The notes under the pieces were generated by a model. The model had not been told where the DNA came from. It saw only the letters and a list, made by a program, of their open reading frames with translations, and did no database searches. From positions 1-61,517 of the forward strand of contig NW_021832265.1 of the NCBI RefSeq assembly GCF_006345805.1: a stretch of DNA of 61,517 nucleotides. The letters run 5' to 3'. Both the position numbers and the translations under genes were made by a program. Shown here piece after piece: positions 13,985 through 26,348 of the stretch. Every line of letters starts with the position of its first letter. The stretch's first letter is position 1. The DNA is from Octopus sinensis (lineage: Eukaryota).

Positions 13985-14190
13985 AAGGGACAACAAAACA
14001 TCCAGATAAACGATACAAAAAACAAGGAGCCTTTTATCTTCAGTCAAGAACTGGATCATCCTCGCAATTTCGGCTGATTAATTGAGATTGCTCCAATCTG
14101 GCCAGCCCCAAGGAAAAACTAAGCTAAGAGCATTAGATTCCTTGGAAAAAAAAACATCGAATGTATACGAAAACACACACACCACATATA
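13985..14190 (-). mobile_element. PLE-like non-coding island (family shared with 38405-38870)
   Basis: Shared CTCCAATCTGGCCAGCCCCAA..CTAAGCTAAGAGCA; permuted hammerhead halves. Confidence 0.6.
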
Positions 14191-14242
14191 TATAGTATAT
14201 ATAATAATATATCATATATATATATATATATAATATATATAC

Positions 14243-14475
14243 ACTTTATTTAAAAGCAGCAGAAATTCAACAAAAGCCGTTACTCGGAGTTTCACGTTCC
14301 CGTTCGTCGGACAGTTTTGTTAAAATTTAGCACAACTGTCCGACGAACGGGAACGTAAAACTCCGAGCAACAGGTTTTGTTGAATTCTGCTGCTTTTAAA
14401 TAAAGTATATTACTCTACCCCTGGTATTTGAGTACTCTTTTTTTCCACCTTGTTTCACATTTACGTGTTTACTCC

Positions 14476-14478
<3 letters not shown>
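14243..14478. mobile_element. PLE-like element with fold-back palindrome (arms ~14243-14320 / 14334-14406)
   Basis: Same family as 7741-7890 and 22856-23065; flanked by (TA)n. Confidence 0.8.
14277..14315 (-). ncRNA. minimal type I hammerhead motif, U4C variant
   Basis: CUGU-CCGACGA-ACG(GGAA)CGU-GAAAC-UCCGA-GUA|ACGG; the plus-strand mirror copy 14335-14374 has G12A and U16.1C changes. Confidence 0.7.
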
Positions 14479-14512
<34 letters not shown>

Positions 14513-14976
14513 ACATGTGTGTATGCAAATGTGTCTACGTGTTTGGGTGAATTTATGATGGTCATATCTTCCATAAGGAAATTTCATTTTATTTACCTAA
14601 AACGCACACTGTTTAACTCAGAGTCACACGGTTTCCAATTTTCGCAAAAGTTTTCGCCATAAAATGCGGGAAAACTATAATGAAAGATTTCGACAATTTC
14701 TAAATTGCCCAAGGAATTTTTAAAGACCGGCTTTTAAACTTGTGGCAATTTGTAGCAATAAATAACGAAGAAAGAAATAAATCTCTGATTTCTTCTGAAT
14801 CTTCTTCTTCCAGTATGACCTCTGACCATTTTACGTTTGGAGCAATGACGGCACCGAAGACATGAAGTCTCCGCAGAACCTCATAAAAATCCATTCATTT
14901 CCCTTGAAACCAATTTGGAACACAAATACTTAGACAAGTTTCACAAACAGTTTTTCACACATCATTAGGTGAGTAT

Positions 14977-15016
<40 letters not shown>

Positions 15017-15073
15017 ATATGTATATATGTATACACATATGTATGTATATATAAATATGTATGTACATGTATG

Positions 15074-15104
<31 letters not shown>

Positions 15105-15264
15105 AGGTATGTATGTGTGTGCGTATGTGTGTACGTATATTTATATAAGCGCACACACATATACATAGTATAAATGAATGTTAGCACAGCGTTGCTTATT
15201 CATACTTATGTGTAGGAAGACTCCCTTTCTCATATATACATTCATATAACTATTTCTGATGGGC

Positions 15265-15787
15265 ACAATTTTGAACGAATTAAGGGCATGGCTGATCTCG
15301 ATTACTGGGACCACCTTAAAGCATTGAAATTCTACTCTCTCCAGCGCCGCCGCGAGCGGTACATCATTTGCACGATATGGAGAATATATCGCCAGCATTG
15401 CCCAAACAACCTGGACATTAGTTTCAAGGTTCATCCAAGGCTGGGACCACGGGCCACACGTCCCCTGCCCAATTTAGGATCACGACATATAGGTACACTG
15501 CGACACAATTACTTTCCCTCAACTGGCCCTGCCCTGTTTAACATTGTCCCAAAACTGATCAAAGAGGAAAAGGATCTCGTCACCTTTAAACGGAATCTGG
15601 ACAAATTTCTTCAAGGAATGCCAGATAAGCCACCCATACCTGGATACAACTCACTCAACAAGAACTCACTACTCGAATGGACCATGATACCACAAAAATT
15701 GGCTTTAAAAGGATTTAGATAATCCTATCAGGTGGTGCTATTAAGTTAGACATGGCGTGGACCAATCTTTGGTCGAAGCATATCTAC
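15265..15787 (+). mobile_element. CR1-like LINE 3' end (post-RT C-terminus and 3' UTR)
   Basis: ORF 15288-15722: YWDHLKALKFYSLQRRRERY..GPALFNIVPK..FKRNLDKFL..PDKPPIPGY..NSL. Confidence 0.85.
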
Positions 15788-15894
15788 GTTTTATCTAATT
15801 TTATATACATATTTAGAAGCTCTGATGTCAGTAATGGCCTGAGTTCAACCTCGTATTCAACCCTTTCCACGTATTTTCCGATTTCACCTTAAGA

Positions 15895-16165
15895 ATCATA
15901 TTTTAGGATTTATTCCATCTCAATCACAGGTTTTTTTAATTAATTTTTTTTACTACACAGTTTGAAACTTCGAATGCGACTTCGTTACACGACAACTTGA
16001 ACACGAAATAACTTCTAAAATAGGAAATTTTGTCAAAAACGTTCAGAGTAAACCGTGTTCTACGTGAGAATTTCCACCAATATTCGAAGTTTCAAACTGT
16101 TTAGTTAAAAAAACATTTTTTAATCTGTGATTGAGATGAAATCGATCCTTATTTTACCTGTCAAA
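15895..16165. mobile_element. MITE-like element with ~60-bp imperfect inverted repeats
   Basis: CATCTCAATCACAG...CAGTTTGAAACTTCGAAT versus ATTCGAAGTTTCAAACTG...CTGTGATTGAGATG. Confidence 0.5.
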
Positions 16166-16361
16166 TAAAAGTTGTATAATTTTGCGTTTGAATAAACTAA
16201 TAATTCTACCTCGCACCCCGCATTTCGTAGAATTACTGGGAATTATTACTTAAAGGAAGAGCGTCACTTCTAAAATTATTTTTCTTATGCTTAGAAATCA
16301 TTATGGAAGACTGGAAAGAGGATTCATATGCTTCTATATAATTTTTTTATTTTTTCATGAG

Positions 16362-16500
16362 ATAGGTGCAGGCCAACCACATGGTTCCGAGTTCTGTCCC
16401 ACTGCGTAGCATCTTCGGCGAATGTCTTGTATTATAACTTCGGAATGAACAAATTCTCGTGAGTGGATTTGATAAACAGAAACTGAAAGAAGCCCGTCGC

Positions 16501-16533
<33 letters not shown>

Positions 16534-16850
16534 ATATAGTATATATATATATATATTAAGGTATGTAGAAAATACAACATGGACAAGAACGTATAACTCT
16601 TAGAAGACGATACAATAAACACGGATAGGACATTCGAAACCCTCATATATATATATATATATGTGTGCACGCGCATGTGTGTGCTACCCACTCTGCTTAA
16701 CCGGTGCTGGTGTGTTTACGTCCCGTAATTTAGTGATTCGGCAAAAGACCAATGCAATAAGAACTAGGCTTTAAAAAAACCAAGTACTTGGGTCGATTCG
16801 ATACCCCAGGATGGCCGCAGTTTAATAACTAAAACAAGCAAAAGGTCAAA
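16362..16850 (+). mobile_element. SINE family B, diverged, with expanded internal microsatellite/insert
   Basis: Head 16362-16500, 3' half ~16695-16850. Confidence 0.75.
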
Positions 16851-17394
16851 AATGTAACAGATAAACTCCTTAAAGTCTCTGGTGCCATTTCGTTCTCTGT
16901 CTGGCCTCTTCAGCACGAGATTTTAAAATTAATTCATCTAAATTCCTTTAAAAATTAAAAATGATCTGTTTTTTTTTTAACAGTGGGGAAAAGACAGGAA
17001 GAGAAAGACAGAGGAAGAGGAAGGAAAATGTCTGACATGTTTTTGAAATATTTTGGGTGTCTTTCAAGTAGTTCCAGTATGTTTGTTTGTCTGTGTGTGT
17101 ATTAGTTGAAGGGCAGATATGACTAACTGCATATGTAAAATACAATTTTTGTATATATATACAGATTCGAAACATTGGTGTAACCATAATGCTTTGGCGA
17201 TCTGAAGAGCTGTCCTTCTGTACCTGCATTGATTTCTAAATCTATAATTGTATTAGAAAATGTGTAGCATGCATATTGCTGCAGACAATAAAATAATTTA
17301 TTATTCACTGGAATCTTTACATGAGGTAGACTACAAAACAGCCCTCGCCTTAATTCTAAAGGTATAAATAAGGTGGATAAATAAATATGTTTAC

Positions 17395-17600
17395 TTCTCA
17401 TAATTCCTCATATTTTATGGTCTATACACACCTCAGGAAATACTTTCACCGATCGAATCTCCTGGATTTCGGCTGCATAGAACTCTACATTATACTCCTC
17501 CATATTAGATTACTATGTGGTTTGATAGCCGGGTCCAGTAGAGGAGCTTTCTGTGATAGTCACACAGTTCTATGAATCACTGTATTACATATATGTAAGA
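17395..17600 (-). mobile_element. interspersed repeat (second copy at 27705-27880, + strand)
   Basis: Shared GCTATCACAGAAAGCTCCTCTAC..GACCCGGCTATCA..GAAATCCAGGAGAT..GTATAGACCATAAAA. Confidence 0.75.
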
Positions 17601-17825
17601 AAATTAAGAAAATGGAGACATAGAATAAGCAGAACAAGAGCACACATGCCCACGGTGTGTGTCACAGAAGAGGTCACAGATGTGTGGCGAAAGATTTCTG
17701 GACAAGGAACATGAGTTGGAATAAGAACAACAATAAAGGAGTGAAGAACGAATTATAGTGCGTGGCAAAAACAGAAAAAATCACTATCTCGAAAGAGAAC
17801 AATATATATATATATATATATATAT

Positions 17826-17863
<38 letters not shown>

Positions 17864-17935
17864 AATTCAGGGTGAATACTTGATAAATGTAATCACCTGT
17901 ATATGCCAGCTAGTAGCATAGGTGAGAGGATATAT

Positions 17936-18073
17936 GTATCAAATGAAATAAAATAAAATGAAAAACAGGACACAAAGGATGTCGCGGTACATATGTTTCT
18001 ATAAAGCTCGAAACATATGTACCGCGATATCCTTTGTGTCCTGTTTTTCATTTTATTTTATTTCATTTGATAC
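17936..18073. repeat. near-perfect palindrome (64-bp arms, 1 mismatch, 10-nt loop) containing hammerhead 3' half
   Basis: Arms 17936-17999 / 18010-18073; right arm starts GAAAC-AUAU-GUA|CCGCG. Confidence 0.9.
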
Positions 18074-18090
18074 ACACACACACACACACA

Positions 18091-18141
<51 letters not shown>

Positions 18142-18149
18142 GCGTGTGT

Positions 18150-18343
18150 ACTGTTGGCGATTTTTTTACTCCGTCTTCCATTCCTTGAATCTTTCCTTTT
18201 CCTATGCTTCTGACGAAGAGCTCCGCTCGAAATGTTAAATCCGCCTTCTTTTTTTCCTTTCCTGAGCGTCCAATAACACTATACTTGTTCCAGGTCCTCG
18301 CGTTGTTGTGTTTTCTCTTTGTGTTTTCATGTTTGGATTAACT
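18150..18343 (+). mobile_element. PLE-like pLTR fragment (copies at 32485-32661 minus, 36825-36905 plus)
   Basis: Shared CCTGAGCGTCCAATAAC..GTCCTCGCGTTGTTGTGTTTTCTCTTTGTGTTTTCATGTTTGGATTAA; all abut (TA)n. Confidence 0.8.
18205..18242 (+). ncRNA. minimal type I hammerhead motif
   Basis: CUGACGA-A-GAGC(UCC)GCUC-GAAAU-GUU|AAAU; weak stem I in this copy; the 32591 copy shows GAAACGUU. Confidence 0.6.
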
Positions 18344-18584
18344 TTATATATATGTTTATATGCATACATACATATTAGAATAATGACAGATGTATACACA
18401 CATATATATTCATAGCCATGCACATAGATACAGATATATACGTGTACATACAGGCGTCTTAAATGACAAATATGTATACAGGGTTCTATATAAATGAATG
18501 GATATATGTGCTGTAAAGCAAACCGGTCAATTAGATTGAAGGTGTTGTATGCACATCAGGAAGAAGGAGATTATGTCTAATTAG

Positions 18585-18675
18585 GCTTGCAAAGAATAAA
18601 TCCTGGGGATCGATTTACTCGACTAAAGGCGGTGCTCGAGCAAGGCCGCAGTCAAATGACTGAAACAAGTAAAAT
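18585..18675 (+). mobile_element. SINE family B 3' part
   Basis: GAATAAATCCTGGGGATCGATTTACTCGACTAAAGGCGGTGCTCGAGCAAGGCCGCAGTCAAATGACTGAAAC. Confidence 0.85.
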
Positions 18676-18757
18676 AATGCAATCATGAGTAGTTTGACGC
18701 TTGAAAGGTTAGAATTACAGAATCATTGGGTCATTAGAGGGTAACAGCTTCAATATT

Positions 18758-19151
18758 CTTTTCTACTCTAGGCACAAGGCCCGAAATTTTGGTGGAGGGG
18801 TCAGTCAATTAGATCGAACCCAGTATGCAACTGGTACTTAATTTATCGACCCCGAAAGGATGAAAGGCAAAGTCGACCTCTGCAGAATTTGAACTCAGAA
18901 CGTAAAGACAGACGAAATACCTATTTCTTTACTACCCACAAGGGGCTAAACACAGAGGGGACAAACAAGGATAGACAAACGGATTAAGTCGATTACATCG
19001 ACCCCAGTGCGTAAGTGGTACTTATTTAATCGACCCCGAAAGGATGTAAGACAAAGTCGACCAAGGCGGAATTTGAACTCAGAACGTAACGGCAGACGAA
19101 ATACCGCTAAGCATTTCGCCCGCTGTGCTAACCATTCTGCCAGCTCACCGC
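18758..19151 (-). mobile_element. tandem pair of SINE family A copies with different 3' tails
   Basis: Headless copy 18758-18921 (tail 1) joined to full copy 18922-19151 (tail 2, Tx1-like). Confidence 0.9.
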
Positions 19152-19745
19152 TTTGAACTGCTTCAGTAATATGAAAGAAATGGTTCCGGCATTAGATTCG
19201 GTAGACTGAAATATTATACCTCACCATTTAAAAAGCATTTTACAAATAGCAGAATGTCTAAATATGGTCTACGATTGTCGGTTAACGAGGTGAAACTAAA
19301 TTATGGTTAATTACTGTAGGGAATTATACATTTGTATTGATTAAGGTTAAACTTTATTAGTATAGGTTTAATATTTAGGTGTAATGTTAAGTATAGTTAG
19401 TACGATGGTGCAGACATGTAAAATAATTTATACATTGAAATTATTATTGCATGATGTAGGCTTCGAAACGGCTGTAGCCTGAAGGATAGCAAGTGATTAT
19501 ATATATTGTGTGTATCTGAATGTGTTGTTTATATTTATGTATATTCCAAGTTAATTGTACATGCATCACACACACACACACATACAGACTCTCGTACACA
19601 CCCAAGGACACAATATATAATAATTATATATGTACGTCAATGCGCATGTGTTTATAATCTTTTACTATATAAATACAACCTCTCCCTGTCTCTTTCTCTC
19701 TTTCTGTCTCTCTCCCTCTCTTTCTTTCTCTCTTTCTTTATATTT

Positions 19746-19825
<80 letters not shown>

Positions 19826-19954
19826 TATATGTATATATATATATATATATGCGCCTAAGTGTGTATGCATGCATGTATACATATACATGTGTGTGTATGC
19901 TTGTATGTATACACGTTTATATGTATTTATGGATAAGTATATATATATAAATAA

Positions 19955-19997
<43 letters not shown>

Positions 19998-20524
19998 ATA
20001 TATATATAATATATATATCATAAGCACAAACATAAAGAACATACAGGAATAGACATGTATACATACACACGAACAAAATTCGTTGACACAGTCGATTTAA
20101 CATGTAGAAAAAATTTGCAGCCATATTTGTATATACTTGTATATATTTGTTTGCATGTACATACATACGAACATCTATATACATATATATTGATAGTTAT
20201 GTGTATGTATGTGTGTTTCGTGTGTGTTTGTTTATTCGTTATGTGTGGTTGTGTTTATATACAATGCTCAAGAGGAGAATAAATCTTGTCAAGAGTTAAA
20301 TGTTGCTGAACGGGGAGAGAGAGGAAGAGAGAAAGGAAGACAGAGAGAGAGAGAAAGGGAGGAGAGAAAACGAGAGAGAGGGAGAATTTAATATAGAAAG
20401 ACTTAAATATAAAATGTAATATGAAACAATATGTCGTCCAGGAAAAATGGCGACTTTTGGGGAGATGGGGTGGGGAGGTGAATGCAATTATTACCATTTT
20501 AGCTTTGATTGTTGTAATTACACC

Positions 20525-21010
20525 TCCTTTCTTATTTTCTTTTCTTTCCTTCTTTTTCTTCTTTTTCTTCTTTCCTTCTTTCCCTCTTTTTCTTCTTCTT
20601 TCCTCCTTCTCCTTCTTATACCCCTTCTTCTTTTTCTCCCCTCTTCTTTTTCTTCTGTTCTTCTTTTTCTCCTTTTTCTTCTCCTTCTCCTTCTTCTCCC
20701 CTTCTTCTTCTCCCTTCTTCTTTTCCTTCTTTTCTTCTTTTTCTTCTCCTTCTTCTTCTCCTCCTCCTTCTACTCCTTCTTCTCATTCTTCTTCTTTTTC
20801 CACTTGTTGATGTTGATGTCTTTTCCTTTTCCTTTCTTGCTTATTTTCGTTCTTCTTTCCTTTTTTCTTCACTTGTTATTCCTCTCCTCCTCTTCCTGCA
20901 CCTCCTTACTTCTTTCTTTTCTGCATCCCCTTCTGTTACCCCCTTCTTCACCTCACCACCTTCACATTCTCACCCCCCTCTCTCTCTCCTCCAACCACCT
21001 TCCTCCTAAC
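20525..21010. repeat. pyrimidine-rich (CTT/CT) low-complexity tract
   Basis: Direct reading. Confidence 0.9.
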
Positions 21011-21149
21011 CATTCTTTTATTAATTACAGGAAATACTAATAAATTTAACGTTAACTTCATCAATTTATTTCTCGATTTCAGAATTCAATTCGGAGGCGC
21101 AATTTTTCCTTTCTTTCTTCTTCTCTTAACCTTATTCATTGAAAAGCTT

Positions 21150-21393
21150 CTCGACATCGTCATCATCATCGTCAACACCTTTATTGTAATTATCCTAATC
21201 CTTATCCTCCTCACCATCATCATCATCATCATAGTCGTCGTCGTCGTCGTGACCGTTATCATCATCATCATCGACTCCATTGTCATCGTCGTCGATGTAG
21301 ACATCATCATCATCATCATCGTCATCGTCGTCGTCATCATCATCATCATCATCATCATCAACATCATCTCCATCGTCGTCATCATCATCATCG

Positions 21394-21425
<32 letters not shown>

Positions 21426-21492
21426 GTCATCATCATCATCATCATCGACATCGTCGTCGTCCTTATCATCATCATCATCATCACCATCATTG
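21150..21492. repeat. (CAT/CGT)n array
   Basis: Direct reading. Confidence 0.95.
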
Positions 21493-22776
21493 TTATAGCT
21501 ACCAACAGTGTTTTCGCAGTGAGTGCCTTGGAATCAGCAAGGGTGACCGAGTGTTTGGGGCTTGTGGGGTGGGGGTTATTGCCTGAACGGTCCGTCTCGA
21601 TTTGGGTTAGAAAACCGGAGAACGGTGGCTTGAGATACGGTCAGTGGTGAGTGGTTGTACGGGGGTGGGGAAGAAGTGGGGAGTCTGTCAAATAAGATAG
21701 ATTGGAATGTCTGTCCAGTGATCCTAATGGATGGTGTTTCTCTTCTTGTTCCTTGTCTCTTGGAAGATCCTGGCACGAAATCTGAGCGACCCGAAATTAT
21801 TAAGAACCTCGGACTCCGGTGGTTCACCAAAGAGTTGTATAATTTCAGCAGGAAGGGACCATATATCAAGTTTCTCAACACCGAACATCCGTTATCATTG
21901 TGTATATGTGTTTAGGTATGATCATATGTGTGAGAACGTGTGTGTTCATATGTGTGTATGCGTGTGTGCGTGCGTGTGTGCGTGCGTGGGTGCATGTGTG
22001 TATGCGTGTGAACGTGCGTGCGTGTGTACGTGCGTGCGTGCATGTGTGTATGTGTGTGTGTATGTGTGCGTGTGCGTCGTCTCCAATGTGTTCCTCTGGC
22101 GTGTATTGTGTCCAACGCCTATTTTATTTATCACTGTTAAAACATACAAATTACTTTGGTGATGGCAGAGAGACGGCAACGGAACTGGGGAAGAGGGGGG
22201 TACGAGGGGCGAGAGGAGGAATGAGGGGAGTGGCGAGCGGGGTAACAAGGGGGGGGGGCGAGTAGATGGGGGGGATGACGGTCTGATTTCACTTGCCAGC
22301 TGTCAACAAGTGATAAAGCTAACCATGAAACACCATCATCACTACCACCAACACAAATAGCAGCAGCATTTTTATTACCATCACCATCATCATCATTCTC
22401 ATCATCATCATCAACAGCAGCAGCATCGTCAGCGTCGTCATCATCATCATCATCATCATCGTCATCATCATTATTCTTTAGAATAATAATAAGAATAATA
22501 ATAATAACGATGAGGATGATGATGACGACGACACTGATGTTTGTCATGAGGATCATGATACGATGATCATGATGATAAGAATAATTTGCTGAATAAAATT
22601 GGCCGACGAAAAATGAATAAAGGGAAGCAAACAAACCGACAACTGCAACAAAACATTGTGTATATGGATGCCACAGCCTTAGGACTGAAACATATAAAAG
22701 GCTAAAAGAATAAAGAATAAACACACACACACACACGCCCACATACACACACGCCCACATACGCGCACACACACAC

Positions 22777-22832
<56 letters not shown>

Positions 22833-22855
22833 CACACATACACATACATACACTT

Positions 22856-23065
22856 TTTTTTATTAAAGCTCCAAAAACATCACAAAATACTGTTACTCAA
22901 AATTTCACGTTTCCGTTCGTCGGACAGTTTCGTGGACAGAAACGTGAAGCTCTGAGTAGCAGTTTTTTCTGATGTTTTTGCAGCTTTAATAAAATAAAAA
23001 AACATAACTCTTCCTTCGGTATTCGAGTACTATTTTCTCCTTGTTTTGCATTTACTTGTTTACTT
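22856..23065. mobile_element. PLE-like element with fold-back (arms ~22856-22913 / 22939-22995)
   Basis: Same family as 7741 and 14243 elements. Confidence 0.75.
22889..22928 (-). ncRNA. minimal type I hammerhead motif, U4C variant
   Basis: ACUGU-CCGACGA-ACG(GAAA)CGU-GAAAU-UUUGA-GUA|ACAGU. Confidence 0.7.
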
Positions 23066-23083
23066 ATGTATGTGCGTGTATAT

Positions 23084-23126
<43 letters not shown>

Positions 23127-23160
23127 TATATATATGTATGTATGTATATATATTTGGAGG

Positions 23161-23856
23161 GCAAGCCACTATGTGGTCGGCCGTATGCTAGATGTAGATC
23201 ACAAATATACACATGTATTAGAATTTTCTCTGATTTTTCAGATTTTGTATGCTAGGCTACTGGTTTTAAATTGATGTTAATTAAATTAATATTCAATTTA
23301 TCTCCCTCATTATATAAATGATAAAATAAATATGTTCTCTTATAGGTGGCATTAACTGCAGTAAATTATTTGCTGCGGTTTTTGTTTCCGAAATTTTAGC
23401 GCGCCAGAACTAAGATATTTGAAATTAACCCCAATGTAATCACTGAAGCTATGCACGTGTCTGTTTTTATACAGAATACTGATGGTTAGCTTTACAAATT
23501 ACATTACCTATGGAACGCCCACACTGACGAGCCTACGGACAATGGATTACAAAAGTGATTCATTCGTTAATAGGCGAAACCGCCGGTCTGAGTAATTGTT
23601 TTTTATATAATTTTCATCTGTCTTGCCCGCCTAATTGTTCTGGTGTCCGCTGAATTTTCCTCTAGAGAACATTCTTTTTTTGTAGTTTGATCGTTGATGA
23701 TCTATTTCTAGCATACGGCCGACTGCCTAGTGGTCTTGCCCTTTGAATATACACATGTATTAGAATTTTCTCTGATTTTTCAGATTTTTGTATGCTAGGC
23801 TACTGGTTTTAAATTGATGTTAATTAAATTAATATTCAATTTATCTTCCTCATTAT
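23161..23856 (+). mobile_element. ~540-bp-unit hammerhead-bearing element present as a partial tandem with 5' inversion
   Basis: Direct repeat 23204-23313 / 23746-23856; 23161-23198 is the reverse complement of 23701-23739. Confidence 0.75.
23518..23595 (+). ncRNA. type I hammerhead ribozyme motif (canonical core)
   Basis: CA-CUGACGA-GCCUA..(nested hairpin)..UAGGC-GAAAC-CGCCG-GUC|UG; stem I short and imperfect. Confidence 0.75.
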
Positions 23857-23940
23857 TTAAATTATATACATATATATATGCCCCAGCATGGCCACAGCTC
23901 GTGAGCTGAAACTAGATAAAATAAAAAAGTATATATAAAT

Positions 23941-24187
23941 TAGAGAAAAACCACTATCATGCAATTCAAACAATGATAGAGATAAACCAAATCATAAAGA
24001 AAAAATAAAATATATTATAAAATATACAACTAGATCACAAAAATATAATATAATACTCCCTATCTCTATTCCTTTCTTTTGAAGATCGTAGGCTCGAAAC
24101 GTAAAAGACTTTTTTCATCTTTCCCGAACGTCAAACTAGTACACTTGCTTGTTGTCTTCGTCTTTTGTTTTTCTATAAATTTCAACT
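23941..24187 (+). mobile_element. PLE-like island with degenerate minimal hammerhead (24075-24109)
   Basis: UCUUU-(C lost)UGAAGA-..GCUC-GAAAC-GUA|AAAGA; start TTAGAGA(T)AAAACCACTAT shared with 43420. Confidence 0.5.
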
Positions 24188-24280
24188 ATGTATGTATGTA
24201 TGTATGTATATATATATATATATGAGTGTGTGTGTGTGTGTGGTGTGTGTGTGTGTGTGTGTGTCTGTATGTGTATGTAT

Positions 24281-24745
24281 ACGAGTAAGATGCCCCCGTC
24301 CAATGGACGGTGCTGAGTTGTCAAACATTTAAACCAAATTTTCTCAAAAAAAAACTTGTCGGACCGTCCCATATGCCTCCCCTTTGAGAAACACTGATTT
24401 AACCTAAATTTGAGACACCAGCAAAAGAAGAAATAAAGCTAAACTTTTTCTACTCTAAAGAAAAACGATTTTATTCGCACAAATATGCAACCGAGGAGTT
24501 TAAAGTACCAGTAAATACATCGCAACAGCTGATGTACTTGCGCGTACAAATGCACGTTCCTACGGCTTTATCGATCGCATTCTCACCTGGAACTGATTTT
24601 TGTAATTTTTTTCAAGACTTATACACGCCCTGATACCGTCGGTATCTACATAGCAAATTTGAGAGCAATCGGATGGAGAATGCCCGAGATCCTAGAAGAC
24701 ACACACACAGACAGACAGACAGAACGGATTTTATATTATATATAT
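24281..24745 (+). mobile_element. possible non-autonomous Helitron/Helentron (DINE/HINE-like) element
   Basis: 5' CCGTC/GACGG hairpin; 3' AAATTTGAGAGCAATCGG..(ACAG)n..GATTTTATAT architecture. Confidence 0.4.
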
Positions 24746-24752
24746 ATATATA

Positions 24753-25068
24753 TTGAGACCCCCTTCGGTCATGACTGACCGTGGGATTGCACCTAGAAAG
24801 TTACCCTCCCAGGCACAAGTCCGGGCAAGGTTGTTTATGGAAGACCAGCAGTCGCCCATGCATACCGGCCTCCCCTCCCCACGCCACCAGTGTTATCCAA
24901 GGGAAAGGCACCTGTGACGTCACAACTCATTTCTACAACTGAGTGAACTGGAGCAACGTGAAATCAGTGTCTTGCTCAAGAACGCAACACGCAGCCCGGT
25001 CCGGGATTCGAGCTCACAACCTCACGACCATAAGCTCGACACCCTAACCACTGGACCATTGCGCCTCC
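24753..25068 (-). mobile_element. tRNA-derived SINE family C
   Basis: Head GGAGGCGCAATGGTCCAGTGGTTAGG..CTCGAATCCCGG, core TTCTTGAGCAAGACACT..CTCCAGTTCACTCAG; tail hairpin GGTCA(GTCA)TGACC-GAAG. Confidence 0.85.
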
Positions 25069-26348
25069 GCACATTAGAAATAACAACATGAGTAACAAGT
25101 GGCCATTAGCAACAGTAAGAGCGGCAATGAGAACAACAACAACAGCAACAACACTAAAAGGTTATAAGCGACAACAACAACAACAAGACCAGAGAAAGCG
25201 CTTCCTTCTTTTATTCTTTCTTGTTTTCTATTTCAGTTTTATTCGTCGGTCCTAAATCCTTCATTGGTGTCGCGTCATTTTCGCAGAATAAAGCTTCTTG
25301 GAGAAGATCTTATTTGTAGCAAGTGTCATGTCACGATCGAAAGATTTAAGAATGTTTACAGCTAACAAGACAACTTTGATTCCTTGCTTCCATTCCAACA
25401 TTCTTGCCGTCAACCACAAAACAACATTTAACCATTTCTCTTCAACTATTTACCAAATTTTCTGGGGGTTTTTGCTTTTTCTTTTTTCTTTCGTTTTTTT
25501 TTTTTGAAGGGGACGGGAGTGGATTATATTTTCTAAAATCCCCACTTTGTATTTTAACACAATATATATGAGGGTTTTATGTTATACGATTGATTTTTAT
25601 ATTTTCTTTTGTCTAGTGTTGTTGGGTTTTTTTTTCTTAGTTAAAAGCGGTGTAATGTGACGTTTTCATTACTTACATATGCGCTGCAAAACCAGCGAAC
25701 CGGTTTCCATTCTCGGGTTGTTTTACTTCACTTTGAGTTGTTTATTTCCTTATGAGTTGAGTAAATGTTTTATTTAAGCATCACAAAACACACCCTGCCT
25801 TATTTAGTTACAGCTCTGTGTTTCTGAGTTCAAATCCAATAGAAGTCCGATAAAGTAAAATACCAGTTATATATTAAGGCTGATATAATTCACTCCTTCC
25901 TGGTCAACCAAATATCATTAATGAATTAATGATTAATCTTGATTTTTCACAGTAGCAGGCAATTCACTACATATACGTATGTACATGTGTGTGTGTAATG
26001 AAGACTAGCAGGGCGAAACTTCGAAGTTACTGCTACCCCCTCGCTTTGTAAAAGTTTAATAAATATGGAATCTACAGAAAGTATTGAATAATCCATCAAT
26101 TTAACGATGAATTGCGTTTATTGTAACATATGCACACACATACACGTATATACTTATATATATACGGTTTATGCATTATGAAAATAAAAACACCCACATG
26201 AATACACTGAGTGAATGAGGGAGGTGGGGAAGGATTATATTCTAAGAATTTTAGAGGACGGATTATCGTGAAATTATTCCATTCCATTTATAAAGTGTTA
26301 CGTATTATAGGAACCTCAGAAGGTGGAAATGCAGGAAGTTCAGAGCTG

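Noticed and set aside
16880-16915. CUGAAGA..GAAAU on the minus strand
   Set aside because: No stem III/NUH and no stem II; chance match.
19448-19490. AUGAUGU..GAAAC-GGCU-GUA, loosely similar to bases 1-32
   Set aside because: Two core mismatches and a 2-bp stem I; the similarity is too short to trust.
21500-21915. Unique GC-balanced block with ORFs on both strands
   Set aside because: No recognisable domain or convincing splice pair.
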